NCBI GenBank assembly: GCA_964459385.1
Contig: CAYWLG010000010.1
Span: 2,365 to 66,364 of the forward strand
Source of the DNA: an uncultured Anaerolinea sp.
GTDB lineage: Bacteria > Chloroflexota > Anaerolineae > Anaerolineales > Anaerolineaceae
Direction of reading: 5' to 3'
Length of the DNA: 64,000 nt
Every line of letters begins with the position of its first letter. Within the stretch, counting starts at the first letter, position 1. Under the pieces are notes generated by a model. That model had not been told where the DNA came from. It made no database searches and worked only from the letters and a program-made list of their open reading frames with translations. Shown here piece by piece: positions 17,155-25,940 of this stretch. Both the position numbers and the translations under genes were made by a program.

Positions 17155-18153
17155 TTGAAGCGTTTGTTCCCCTCGAAAATAGTAAAATTTTGGCTCATTG
17201 CCGGCTTATCCTTGCTGGCAATGAGCGTTTCTGGTTGTGCTGCCGCTACGCAGGCGGCAACTGAGGCCTTACCAACAGCGGTCGCCACGCAGGCTGTGAT
17301 TAGCGCGGCCGCGACAGATGAGGCGCCCGTTGCATCCCCCACTGCTCAGTCGGGCGATGCCACCACGCCTGAAGCGCCGGCGGGGTACGACCCTGCCATT
17401 CCGAATTCGTGGATGCAGTTGCCCATCGTGCCGGCGACCGTCAGCGACAAGATGAAAGCAGTTTATGCGGCCGGGCAAAACGGCGGCGGCTTGAACGCCC
17501 ATGCTTTTTCAAAGGTTGGCGACTGCGAAACCTCCTCAGATTACTTCCTGAAACCCTTCGACCTCTCGGCCAGTGGTTATGACCTGGGCGAATACAGCGA
17601 ACTGCAGGGAGCCATCGAGCAATTTGAGGGTTCCTTTGCCTGGAAGAGCCAGGCTGCCTCGCCCGGATTTTCCATCTCGTCGGTATTTTCTTCTTTGTGG
17701 GCCGACTCTGAGGTCTGCAATGCCAATGAATGGCCGATCGACTGCGAAATTCGCCTGCACCGGCCGGCCTTTGCGCTGGTCATGTTTGGTACCAATGACG
17801 TCAGCAACACCCGCCCCACCTTCAAGAAGAATCTCGAAGCACTGGTGGACAAACTGCTCAAGAACAACGTCGTGCCCATCCTGGCCACCAAGGCCGATAA
17901 CCTGGAGGGCGATAACAGCATCAATGCCATTATCGCTGAGGTAGCCTACGAGAAGGAAGTGCCCCTCTGGAATTACTGGCGCGCTGCCCAGCAGCTACCC
18001 GATCAGGGCCTCGAAGCGGATGAGATTCATCTCACCTACGCTCCGCCGCGTTTCAGCGACCCGGCGTCCATGCAGTTTGGCTGGCCCTGGCGTAACCTAA
18101 CCGCCTTGCAAGCCCTCGACGCCGTCTGGCACGGGGTGGGTGGAGATAAATAG
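17155..18153 (+). CDS. SGNH/GDSL-type hydrolase lipoprotein
   Basis: TTG 17155 after GGAG gives MKRLFPSKIVKFWLIAGLSLLAMSVSGC (lipobox). Ala/Thr/Pro linker, then the SGNH blocks FSKVGDCET and ALVMFGTNDV. Confidence 0.65.
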   Translation: MKRLFPSKIVKFWLIAGLSLLAMSVSGCAAATQAATEALPTAVATQAVISAAATDEAPVASPTAQSGDATTPEAPAGYDPAIPNSWMQLPIVPATVSDKMKAVYAAGQNGGGLNAHAFSKVGDCETSSDYFLKPFDLSASGYDLGEYSELQGAIEQFEGSFAWKSQAASPGFSISSVFSSLWADSEVCNANEWPIDCEIRLHRPAFALVMFGTNDVSNTRPTFKKNLEALVDKLLKNNVVPILATKADNLEGDNSINAIIAEVAYEKEVPLWNYWRAAQQLPDQGLEADEIHLTYAPPRFSDPASMQFGWPWRNLTALQALDAVWHGVGGDK

Positions 18154-18160
18154 AAATATG

Positions 18161-18197
18161 AACGCCTTGCTTGATGGAGTAAGGCGTTTTCATTTGG
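18161..18197 (+). terminator. Rho-independent terminator
   Basis: aacgcctt (18161-18168) / aaggcgtt (18181-18188) followed by ttcattt. Confidence 0.65.
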
Positions 18198-18410
18198 TTG
18201 GATCGTGGAGGGAAAATGAAATCACTGCGCGCTGTTAATTGTTCAGATAGTTTTTCATTGACCACTGCTGTTAATGACCAAAAAATCAACCAAACAGATT
18301 TTTTATTTATTGTTGATGTCAAATCTGATGAATATTTTGTTTTTGCCTGCCCAATTTTATGTGGATAAGGGGGAATTCGGTGGAGCGGCCCAGTTGAAAT
18401 GGCAAGATGG

Positions 18411-19049
18411 TTAGAGCAGATTAACTGATTTCACAGCAGAGATCAGTTCCTTTTTGATTTGTTCCCAAGTTGCTGAAATATGCATTTTGGGCATAGGTTG
18501 TCCGTCTGCGTCGGCAAAGTAAACCAGGGATTTGAGGATATGGGTTTCGCTATAATTGCTCTTTGAATACTTATTTCTTGTATGAGCAAGAAGCGTCTCA
18601 AGAGGGTATTCTTTGAGTAAAAAATATATATCCACAAAATCCTTTTTACTGCCTCTCATGCTTACTGTTTGCAATTTGGTGCAGGCAATATCGATCACTG
18701 AACTTACTTGAATTCCACGCCACTTGATGAAGGGTTTTAATAAGGGATAGGGGTATTCCAGAAATTGCAGTTTTACACCCTGAAAAAAGGTATTTAATGT
18801 TCCAGTTTCTAATTCGGTCTGCGAAAGAGTGCCTAAAGATTGGATTTGTTTTTCAATGACTTGCGGCTGAAATGGCTGTTCGCTAAAAAAATCCAGATCT
18901 TCTGATTCACGATGCCCAAGTTGTAAAGATAACGCAGTGCCACCGGAAAGGTAAAACCGGGTTAAAAAATCCGGGCATTTTTCCTCGAACAGGCAGAGTA
19001 CGCGATCTGTATGAACAGACAATGTTTGCGGGAAAAAGCTTGGGGTCAT
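18411..19049 (-). CDS. AbiEii/AbiGii-family nucleotidyltransferase toxin (short, 212 aa)
   Basis: Pol-beta NTase signature FYLSGGTALSLQLGHRESEDLDFF. AT-rich gene that overlaps the upstream small ORF by ATGA. Confidence 0.7.
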   Translation of the reverse strand: MTPSFFPQTLSVHTDRVLCLFEEKCPDFLTRFYLSGGTALSLQLGHRESEDLDFFSEQPFQPQVIEKQIQSLGTLSQTELETGTLNTFFQGVKLQFLEYPYPLLKPFIKWRGIQVSSVIDIACTKLQTVSMRGSKKDFVDIYFLLKEYPLETLLAHTRNKYSKSNYSETHILKSLVYFADADGQPMPKMHISATWEQIKKELISAVKSVNLL

Positions 19050-19276
19050 GATAAGTATATTTTCCAGAAATTGCTTGATTTTGGCTGTAAATGCAAGTCA
19101 GAAAGTCGCTTTTGCACTTCGTCTTTGGATACTTTGGTGAAAAGCCAACGCAATGAAGCCGAATCCCCTTTCTCAAGAAGGGTCTGAATAATGTAATTGC
19201 TATGCTCTTCCCAAGAAAGATCGGAAAGGTCATCTCCCCAAAAATATTTTTGAGCTTCAACGGGTAAATCTACCAT
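19046..19276 (-). CDS. Small (76 aa) putative cognate antitoxin/partner of the NTase toxin
   Basis: Translationally coupled to the toxin through the 4-nt ATGA overlap. Helical and acidic, with no recognisable HTH. It resembles short proteins I recall upstream of AbiEii genes; unverified. Confidence 0.5.
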   Translation of the reverse strand: MVDLPVEAQKYFWGDDLSDLSWEEHSNYIIQTLLEKGDSASLRWLFTKVSKDEVQKRLSDLHLQPKSSNFWKIYLS

Positions 19277-19282
19277 CTATTA

Positions 19283-19288
19283 ATTATA
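19283..19288 (-). promoter_or_regulatory. Candidate -10 hexamer (TATAAT) 6 nt upstream of the partner-gene ATG (leaderless mRNA)
   Basis: The minus strand reads TATAAT-taatag-ATG. No Shine-Dalgarno sequence is possible in the 6-nt gap. Confidence 0.35.
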
Positions 19289-19335
19289 CAGTTTGACGAA
19301 TAATTAATCCATCTGTCATGTTTGTGAATCTACCT

Positions 19336-19369
19336 GGAAATAAAATCGCCTCCCATTCGGGAGGCGATT
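19336..19369 (-). terminator. Rho-independent terminator of gyrB
   Basis: aatcgcctccc / gggaggcgatt 11-bp stem. On the minus strand it is followed by ttttattt. Confidence 0.85.
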
Positions 19370-19380
19370 CAGCATCAAAA

Positions 19381-21330
19381 CTAAATATCCAGGTTCCTGA
19401 CGGCGTGAGCGTGGGTGGTGATAAAGCGCGTGCGTGGGGGTACGGCGCTGCCCATGAGCATGTCAAAGGTGCGGTCGGCGGCGGCGCCATCTTCAACGGT
19501 CACCTGCAAGAGGGTGCGGGTTTCGGGGTTCATGGTGGTTTCCCACAATTGGGTGGGGTTCATTTCGCCCAGACCTTTGTAGCGCTGCAGGTCGGCTTTT
19601 TCAGCCTGATTGCCCAGACCCTTTAAGTATTCGTCTTTTTCGGCATCGCTGTAAACATACTTGTGGGTATTCTTATGCGAGATGCGGTAAAGCGGCGGCT
19701 GGGCGATGTAGATGTGTCCGTGCTCGATGAGCTGCGGCATGTAGCGGAAGAAGAGGGTCAGCAGCAGGGTGCGAATGTGCGCACCGTCAACATCGGCATC
19801 TGTCATGATGATGACACGGCCGTAGCGCAGATTTTTAATGTCAAAATTATCGCCAATGCCGGTGCCGAAGGCCGAGATCATCGATTTGATCTCTTCGTTG
19901 CCAAGCATCTTGTCCAAACGGGCACGTTCGGTGTTGAGGATCTTACCGCGCAGCGGCAGGATGGCCTGGAAGTGACGATCACGTCCCTGTTTGGCCGAAC
20001 CGCCTGCCGAGTTCCCTTCTACGATGTATATCTCGCTGGTGGAGCCATCGCGGTTGGAGCAGTCGGCCAGTTTGCCGGGCAGGGTCATGCTTTCAAGTGC
20101 CGATTTGCGGATGACCAGATCGCGCGCCTTGCGGGCGGCATCGCGGGCACGGGCAGAGGTGAGACACTTGGTGACGATGGCTTTGCCGGCCGAGGGGTTC
20201 TCTTCGAGGAATTGACCAAAAGCCTCGCCCACCACCTGCTGTACGTAGGTCTGCACCTCTGGGTTCATGAGCTTGACCTTGGTCTGGCTCTCAAACTGGG
20301 GATCGGGGTGTTTGATGCTGACGATGGCGGTCATGCCTTCGCGGGTATCGTCGCCGGTGAAGTTGGGGTCGCCGTCTTTGAGCAGGTTGTTCTTGCGGGC
20401 GTAATCGTTGATCACGCGGGTCACGGCGGTACGCAGACCGGTCAGATGAGTGCCGCCATCGATGGTGTTGATGGTGTTGGCAAAAGAGTAGATCGATTCG
20501 CTGTAGGCGTCGGTGAACTGCACGGCAGCTTCGATGCCGATGTTTTCGATCTCTTTTTCAGCAAAGAAGACGGGGTGCAGCACCTCGCGGTTACGATCCA
20601 GATAGCGCACAAAGGAGATGATGCCGCCCTCAAAGAGGAAGGTAGCTTCTTTTTCGGGAGGGCGTTCATCTTCGAGTTTTATCTTTACATTACGGGTGAC
20701 AAAGGCCATCTCGCGGAAGCGCTGGGTGAGGGTGTTGAAGTTGAAGTCAATCTCGCCCTTGAACAGTTCGCGGTCAAAGCGGAAGGTGGTGGTGGTGCCG
20801 GTCTTTTCAGCCGGGCAGGTGCCGATCTCTTTGACGGGTTCCTGCGGGATGCCGCGCTCGTAGCGCTGGAAATAAACCTTGCCATCGCGATAAACGCGTA
20901 CTTCGCACCATTCCGAGAGGGCGTTCACGGCGGAGACGCCCACACCGTGCAGACCGCCCGAGACCTTGTAGCTGCCGCCACCGAACTTGCCGCCGGCATG
21001 CAGCACGGTCATGACCACTTCGAGGGCCGATTTCTTCTTTTCGGGGTGAATATCCACCGGGATGCCGCGCCCGTTATCCGAAACGGTCACGCTGCTGTCG
21101 GGGTGAATGGTGATCGAGATGTTGTCGCAGACGCCGGCGAGGGCCTCATCAATCGAGTTATCGACGACCTCATAGACCAGGTGATGCAAAGCCTTCAGGT
21201 CGGTACCGCCCACGTACATGCCGGGGCGGCGGCGAACGGCCTCAAGGCCTTCGAGCACCTGAATATCTTTGGCGCCGTAACTGGAAGGGGTGTTATTGTT
21301 TGGTTGTACCAAAGGGGCCTCCAATTTCAT
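19381..21330 (-). CDS. gyrB: DNA gyrase subunit B
   Basis: [28 protein letters not shown] ATPase motifs, the Toprim [20 protein letters not shown] and [13 protein letters not shown]. Confidence 0.97.
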   Translation of the reverse strand: MKLEAPLVQPNNNTPSSYGAKDIQVLEGLEAVRRRPGMYVGGTDLKALHHLVYEVVDNSIDEALAGVCDNISITIHPDSSVTVSDNGRGIPVDIHPEKKKSALEVVMTVLHAGGKFGGGSYKVSGGLHGVGVSAVNALSEWCEVRVYRDGKVYFQRYERGIPQEPVKEIGTCPAEKTGTTTTFRFDRELFKGEIDFNFNTLTQRFREMAFVTRNVKIKLEDERPPEKEATFLFEGGIISFVRYLDRNREVLHPVFFAEKEIENIGIEAAVQFTDAYSESIYSFANTINTIDGGTHLTGLRTAVTRVINDYARKNNLLKDGDPNFTGDDTREGMTAIVSIKHPDPQFESQTKVKLMNPEVQTYVQQVVGEAFGQFLEENPSAGKAIVTKCLTSARARDAARKARDLVIRKSALESMTLPGKLADCSNRDGSTSEIYIVEGNSAGGSAKQGRDRHFQAILPLRGKILNTERARLDKMLGNEEIKSMISAFGTGIGDNFDIKNLRYGRVIIMTDADVDGAHIRTLLLTLFFRYMPQLIEHGHIYIAQPPLYRISHKNTHKYVYSDAEKDEYLKGLGNQAEKADLQRYKGLGEMNPTQLWETTMNPETRTLLQVTVEDGAAADRTFDMLMGSAVPPRTRFITTHAHAVRNLDI

Positions 21331-22321
21331 TTTTGCCCATCGCGTTGCTCATGCGTTGAATATTTTCCTGCATCCAGCGCAGACCTTCACGATAATAGAT
21401 AAATGTGGCCGCCAGCAGGGCGGTGACGATAAAAGCATGGCCGAAAATACCCACCAGTGTGAGCCAAGAACTGGGATCAGGAAGCTCCCAGAGCAGGTTC
21501 ATCCCTTCGCTGATCAATACAGCCGTAAGGACGAACATGCCTGTGCCGGGCAAAAAGAAGCGCACCATGCGAATACTTAATAGAATGGAAGGGAACGATT
21601 TCTGGTTCAGCACAAAGATGCCGTGTGGCGCAAACACCAAAGGCACCACCAGCCACAGCATCACGACCATGGCCATGATGACGAGAAACTGTCCCAGGGT
21701 GGGGCTGATCATCAAGAAGATGCTGAGCAGCGAGAGGCCGGGCAGCAAAATGATGAGCAAGACAATGGCCAGCACCAGAAACATCACCAGGCTTTGGCCG
21801 TATTGATTTAGTAGCTTTGGCAGGTCAAATTTTTCCACCGGATCGGTGGTAAAGCGCGACAGTGTGTTGAAGTACAGACTGCCCAAAAAGAACCCCGCGA
21901 TCATCAAGAGCACGATGATCAAGATGGCCGTTCCCTGAGTGGGCACATCATACGAAAATGCCTTCAACGGTGAAGCGACCGTCAGCTCACGTGAAAGCAG
22001 GCTGGGAACGCCCACCGGGAAGGTGCGCACGGCTACGCCCAAATTGAATTGGTTCATCAACTGCGCGTAGCTATCAAGAAAGGCCTTCGACTGGGTTTGC
22101 AGATCGGCGCTGCCCACCTGTGCCAGCATCTGGCTCAGATTCTTGAAATAGTCGGTCATCAGGCTGGCGATCTTGATCTTCGGACCAAGCCAGAGCAAAA
22201 GATCGAGGGCAATGGGCAACAGGATCAGAACGATATGATTCGCTATCAAGTTGAATCCACCTACCAGGGTAGGGATCAACTTGGGTGGTTGAGTGTCGGA
22301 AATTACGGGAGGTGTTTTCAT
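21293..22321 (-). CDS. Polytopic membrane protein of unknown function
   Basis: 342 aa with about 8 hydrophobic helices and no recognisable motif. Its 3' end overlaps the annotated gyrB start by 38 nt. Confidence 0.55.
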   Translation of the reverse strand: MKTPPVISDTQPPKLIPTLVGGFNLIANHIVLILLPIALDLLLWLGPKIKIASLMTDYFKNLSQMLAQVGSADLQTQSKAFLDSYAQLMNQFNLGVAVRTFPVGVPSLLSRELTVASPLKAFSYDVPTQGTAILIIVLLMIAGFFLGSLYFNTLSRFTTDPVEKFDLPKLLNQYGQSLVMFLVLAIVLLIILLPGLSLLSIFLMISPTLGQFLVIMAMVVMLWLVVPLVFAPHGIFVLNQKSFPSILLSIRMVRFFLPGTGMFVLTAVLISEGMNLLWELPDPSSWLTLVGIFGHAFIVTALLAATFIYYREGLRWMQENIQRMSNAMGKNEIGGPFGTTKQ

Positions 22322-22447
22322 ACAAAGTATAATTTTACCATAGGACAGAGGTTCTCATGATGGCTGCACGGCTGCAGCAGGCAAAATTTGGATGGATTTG
22401 CGCCAAATAGACTCGTAAATCACCCCAGGTGAGGGTAGAATTAGCCT

Positions 22448-23257
22448 ATGAACGAACCCCGGCATTTACCCGATTATGACCGCGTTAGCATCGTCACGGC
22501 GATGGTGCTGCTGGCCTATTCGTTAACTGCCTTCATTCAATTGCCTGAACGTTCGCTTTCTTTGCAACTCCCCGGATTTCTATTTGAAATCCAGTTGAAC
22601 TTTTTCACCATTGTTTCGATTTTGGTAGCGGCACTGGCCGCCGCGGGCACCGATTGGATCATCAGCGGGCACCCTCATATTGGCAGCGAAAGGCACTGGC
22701 AGCACTGGCTTTTGCCCGCCTTCACGGCCATTGTGATCGGTGTTCCCCTGAACGAACTAACGGTCAGCGGCCCCTGGTGGATCGTATTCGGCCTGGGAGC
22801 CCTGCTTTTCGTGGGTATTCTGGTCGCCGAATACATCTCGGTTGACCCGCTCGATACCCGCTTTCAATTTGCGACCCTGGCCTTGAATGTGGTTTCGCTT
22901 GGGCTGTTTTTGATCCTCACCATCGCGCTGCGGGGCGCCGGTTTGCGCCTTTACGTAGTGCTGGCGCCGGTCGTGATCGCGGCAGCTTTGATGAGCGCCC
23001 GATCTCTGCACTTGCGTCTCTTTGATCGTTTTCAGTTTGCCTGGGTGGGTGGCATCGCTCTGACCATCGGTCAAATGGCCGTTTGTCTTTTTTACCTGCC
23101 CGTCAAGCCGATTCAGTTTGGCATGATCCTGTTGGCGCTTGTTTTTGCATTGACCAATCTTGCTGGTAACGTTGAAGAGAAGTTGGAGCAGCGTAGCCTC
23201 TGGCTTGAACCGCTGATCATGTTTTCAGCGATCTTCTTCCTTTCATTTGTGTTCTAA
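22448..23257 (+). CDS. Polytopic membrane protein of unknown function
   Basis: 269 aa with about 8 TM helices; coding-like composition. Confidence 0.55.
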   Translation: MNEPRHLPDYDRVSIVTAMVLLAYSLTAFIQLPERSLSLQLPGFLFEIQLNFFTIVSILVAALAAAGTDWIISGHPHIGSERHWQHWLLPAFTAIVIGVPLNELTVSGPWWIVFGLGALLFVGILVAEYISVDPLDTRFQFATLALNVVSLGLFLILTIALRGAGLRLYVVLAPVVIAAALMSARSLHLRLFDRFQFAWVGGIALTIGQMAVCLFYLPVKPIQFGMILLALVFALTNLAGNVEEKLEQRSLWLEPLIMFSAIFFLSFVF

Positions 23258-23321
23258 ACCCATTACGCCGGCGTAACCGCACTCTATTTTGAGTGTTATT
23301 ACTGTTATCTTTGGAGGAAGC

Positions 23322-24008
23322 ATGTTCGTAAAAGTATTCTTCACCTTACTTGCGGCCTATTTGATAGGATCCATCCCGGTCGGCTTCTTATTAGTCAAGC
23401 TGATCAAGGGGGTAGATGTGCGCACCGTCGGCAGCGGCAGGGTAGGGACGACCAATACCGTGCGAGCCGCCGGCCCGATTGCCGGTGTGCTGACCGCGCT
23501 GCTGGATGCAGGCAAAGGAATACTGGTGGCTTTTCTGGCTCACCTGGCTTTGCCCGAAAGCGTGTGGCTGAAGGTGATTGTGGTGATTCTGGCAGTAGTC
23601 GGGCAGATCTTCTCGATCTTTCTGGCCGAACGCGGCGAGAACGGCAAGATCCGACTCCGCGGTGGGGCAGGCGGAGCTACCACGATGGGCGGAGCGATTG
23701 CGCTCTGGCCGGTCAGCCTGGTAGTGATACTTCCTCTGGTTTTACTCGTCTATTTTGGTATTGGTTATGCTTCGCTCACTACCATCAGCATCGCCCTCTT
23801 TTCCCTGATTTTTTTTACATATAACGCCATCAGCGGTTTTGGCCCCTGGCCTTATTTGCTTTATGGCCTGGTCACGCTGGGCATTGTGCTTTATACGCTC
23901 AAGCCGAATTTGGAGCGTCTCAAGAACGGTACCGAACGTGCCGTGGGGCTGCGTGCCTTCTTTAAAAAGCGCTGGGAACAAACGCTTTCTTCGGACGAAT
24001 CGAAATAA
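23322..24008 (+). CDS. plsY: Glycerol-3-phosphate acyltransferase PlsY
   Basis: AYLIGSIPVGFLLVKL...DVRTVGSGRVGTTN motif. ATG 23322 is preceded by GGAGG. Confidence 0.9.
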   Translation: MFVKVFFTLLAAYLIGSIPVGFLLVKLIKGVDVRTVGSGRVGTTNTVRAAGPIAGVLTALLDAGKGILVAFLAHLALPESVWLKVIVVILAVVGQIFSIFLAERGENGKIRLRGGAGGATTMGGAIALWPVSLVVILPLVLLVYFGIGYASLTTISIALFSLIFFTYNAISGFGPWPYLLYGLVTLGIVLYTLKPNLERLKNGTERAVGLRAFFKKRWEQTLSSDESK

Positions 24009-24009
24009 A

Positions 24010-24038
24010 AAGGAATCCCTCGAGAAGAGGGATTCCTT
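24010..24038. terminator. Bidirectional terminator between plsY and the convergent MBL-fold gene
   Basis: aaggaatccct / agggattcctt 11-bp stem flanked by A-rich and T-rich tracts. Confidence 0.8.
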
Positions 24039-24057
24039 CTTTAAAAACCTTCAAGTT

Positions 24058-24903
24058 TTATATGGCGGAATCGGTCTCGTCGCTTTGATGCCTGTAAAGG
24101 TAGGCTACATTGCGCTTGTGCAGTTCTTCGGCCAGACCGCCCAAATTCACCCGGCTTTTGCCGCAAGATTCCACATTGATCTCAGCCAGAGCTTCGAGCG
24201 GCTCACGTTTCTTGGCGGCCGAACGCACGGCTTTGCGTACTGCGTTGATGTAGGCCAGGTTCTCACGTGTGGCTTCTTCGATCTCTCCGCGCAGGATGAT
24301 ATCGCCGTGGCCCTGAATGATGTTTTCCAACCCCATCTTGCCAATATGTTTGATGGTGGCGGTCAACTCATCGGGGTCACCGTCTACGAAGTAGGGCAAC
24401 GCCATAAAAGAGTCGCCGGCAAAGAGCACGCGGTCTTCTTCGACCAGTACCGAAATGCCATCTTTTGAGTGACCGGGCGCCGAAGAGAGCACCAGGGTCT
24501 TTTTGCCCACCCGCAGTGAAAGATTGCCCTCACTGAAGGTCATGTGCGGCGGAACCAGTTTGACGGTTTTCAAGGCCGGGTTTTGTTTTTTGGCAGCTTC
24601 GAGTGAGAGATTGCCCTTGCTCTCGATCAACTCTCGCGTCATGGAGTGCGAAATGACGGTCGCGCCGGGGAAGAAGCAGTTGCCCCAGCAGTGATCGGCA
24701 TGGTAATGGGTGTTGATCACATAGCGCACAGGCACGCCCAGTTGTTCTTCAATGTAGGCACGCATTTCCAGGGTTTCTTCGGGCATGGCCAGGGTGTCGA
24801 TCACAACCGCCCACTGCGGACCAGTGATGGCACCGGCGGTCACCTGTGCATAAATTTCTGATTGGAACCAAAAAACGTTGTCGGATATTCTTTCTCGTTG
24901 CAT
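24058..24903 (-). CDS. MBL-fold metallo-hydrolase
   Basis: VINTHYHADHCWGN (HxHxDH) zinc motif. The start is uncertain: ATG 24903 or TTG 24939. Confidence 0.8.
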   Translation of the reverse strand: MQRERISDNVFWFQSEIYAQVTAGAITGPQWAVVIDTLAMPEETLEMRAYIEEQLGVPVRYVINTHYHADHCWGNCFFPGATVISHSMTRELIESKGNLSLEAAKKQNPALKTVKLVPPHMTFSEGNLSLRVGKKTLVLSSAPGHSKDGISVLVEEDRVLFAGDSFMALPYFVDGDPDELTATIKHIGKMGLENIIQGHGDIILRGEIEEATRENLAYINAVRKAVRSAAKKREPLEALAEINVESCGKSRVNLGGLAEELHKRNVAYLYRHQSDETDSAI

Positions 24904-25094
24904 TTCTAAAAGTAACCTTCCTGGAAAGGATATTAACAAGTAAATTCAATCCAGTAGAATAGCATAAATGAAACGAAAAGTCAAAAAATCATCCGATTTT
25001 TTATAGATTCCTTATGCAGGTTTTGGCAAAAAGGGCAACAACTTGATAGAATTTACGTAAATGGAGTATGGTTTTATAGAAAAGGAGAATTCGT

Positions 25095-25778
25095 ATGAAA
25101 GTTGAAGTACTTTATCGTCCTTCCTACGCTGTTGGTGTGATCAAATTGGATCCCAGCGAGCGTGTGCAGGCAGAGTCGGGCGCTATGGTCAGCATGGCGG
25201 GTGATGTGACCGTCGATACCAAAATGCAGGGCGGCCTGTTGAAATCACTGGCGCGTTCCATGTTTACCAGCGAGTCTTTCTTCGTCAATTACTTTCAGGC
25301 GGGGCCAAACGGCGGTGAGGTAATGGTCGCTCCCACGCTGCCAGGGGATGTCTTCTCTCTGGACCTGATTGGGGAGAGTTTACTGGTGCAATCTGGTTCT
25401 TACCTGGCCGCCAGTGATGGTGTGCAGACCGACACCAAATGGTCGGGTGCACGTACTTTCTTTAGCGGTGAAGGGCTGATCATGCTGCATTGTTCAGGCA
25501 CCGGCACGCTGGTGCTCTCAAGCTATGGTGCCATTCACGAAGTGAACCTGACCCCCGGCCAGAAGCTGACCGTGGATACCGGTCACATCGTGGCTTTTAG
25601 TGAACGGATGGGCTTCAATGTGCGTCCCATCGGTGGGCTGAAAACCACTTTCCTTGGCGGAGAGGGTCTCGTGGTTGACCTGACCGGCCCCGGGCGGGTG
25701 CTGCTGCAAACGCGCAGCATGGGCGCTTTCCTCGATTGGCTTCTGCCCAAGATTCCCAAAGAACACAACCATTCTTAA
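25095..25778 (+). CDS. AIM24/TIGR00266-family protein
   Basis: MKVEVLYRPSYAVGVIKLDPSERVQAESGAMVSM and GEGLIMLHCSGTGTLVLSSYGAI are typical of the DUF124/AIM24 beta-rich family. AAGGAG RBS. Confidence 0.75.
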   Translation: MKVEVLYRPSYAVGVIKLDPSERVQAESGAMVSMAGDVTVDTKMQGGLLKSLARSMFTSESFFVNYFQAGPNGGEVMVAPTLPGDVFSLDLIGESLLVQSGSYLAASDGVQTDTKWSGARTFFSGEGLIMLHCSGTGTLVLSSYGAIHEVNLTPGQKLTVDTGHIVAFSERMGFNVRPIGGLKTTFLGGEGLVVDLTGPGRVLLQTRSMGAFLDWLLPKIPKEHNHS

Positions 25779-25786
25779 TGAAAATT

Positions 25787-25822
25787 CCCGGCCTCAAATT
25801 TTGAGGCCGGGAGCTTTATTTC
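25787..25822 (+). terminator. Rho-independent terminator
   Basis: cccggcctcaa (25787-25797) / ttgaggccggg (25801-25811) followed by agctttattt. Confidence 0.8.
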
Positions 25823-25869
25823 AAGCGCTTTGCCTGGTGTAATTCAAAGATATTATTTTTGATAAACTG

Positions 25870-25915
25870 ACATTACATCGTTGTAATGTTCAGAATGGCC
25901 GTATTCCTGTATAAT
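25870..25915 (+). promoter_or_regulatory. Inverted repeat ACATTACA-N4-TGTAATGT plus a TATAAT hexamer upstream of the PF03706-like gene
   Basis: Perfect 8-bp arms at 25870-25877 and 25882-25889. TATAAT at 25910-25915 is preceded by TG. The repeat sits where a -35 element would be. Confidence 0.3.
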
Positions 25916-25940
25916 CCAGGTATAGACAAGCGGTGAAGAG

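Noticed and set aside
19663-21402. 579-aa plus-strand ORF covering the whole gyrB locus
   Set aside because: It is antisense to an unmistakable gyrB. The translation is low-complexity (G/A/V/H/D/R-rich) with no motifs, a typical shadow ORF of GC-rich coding DNA. The same reasoning applies to 49200-50519 (antisense to GH13), 60541-61722 (antisense to the mutase), 13686-14510, 7529-8173, 8041-8613, 2189-2791, 40792-41481, 42526-43188 and the other nested ORFs in the track.
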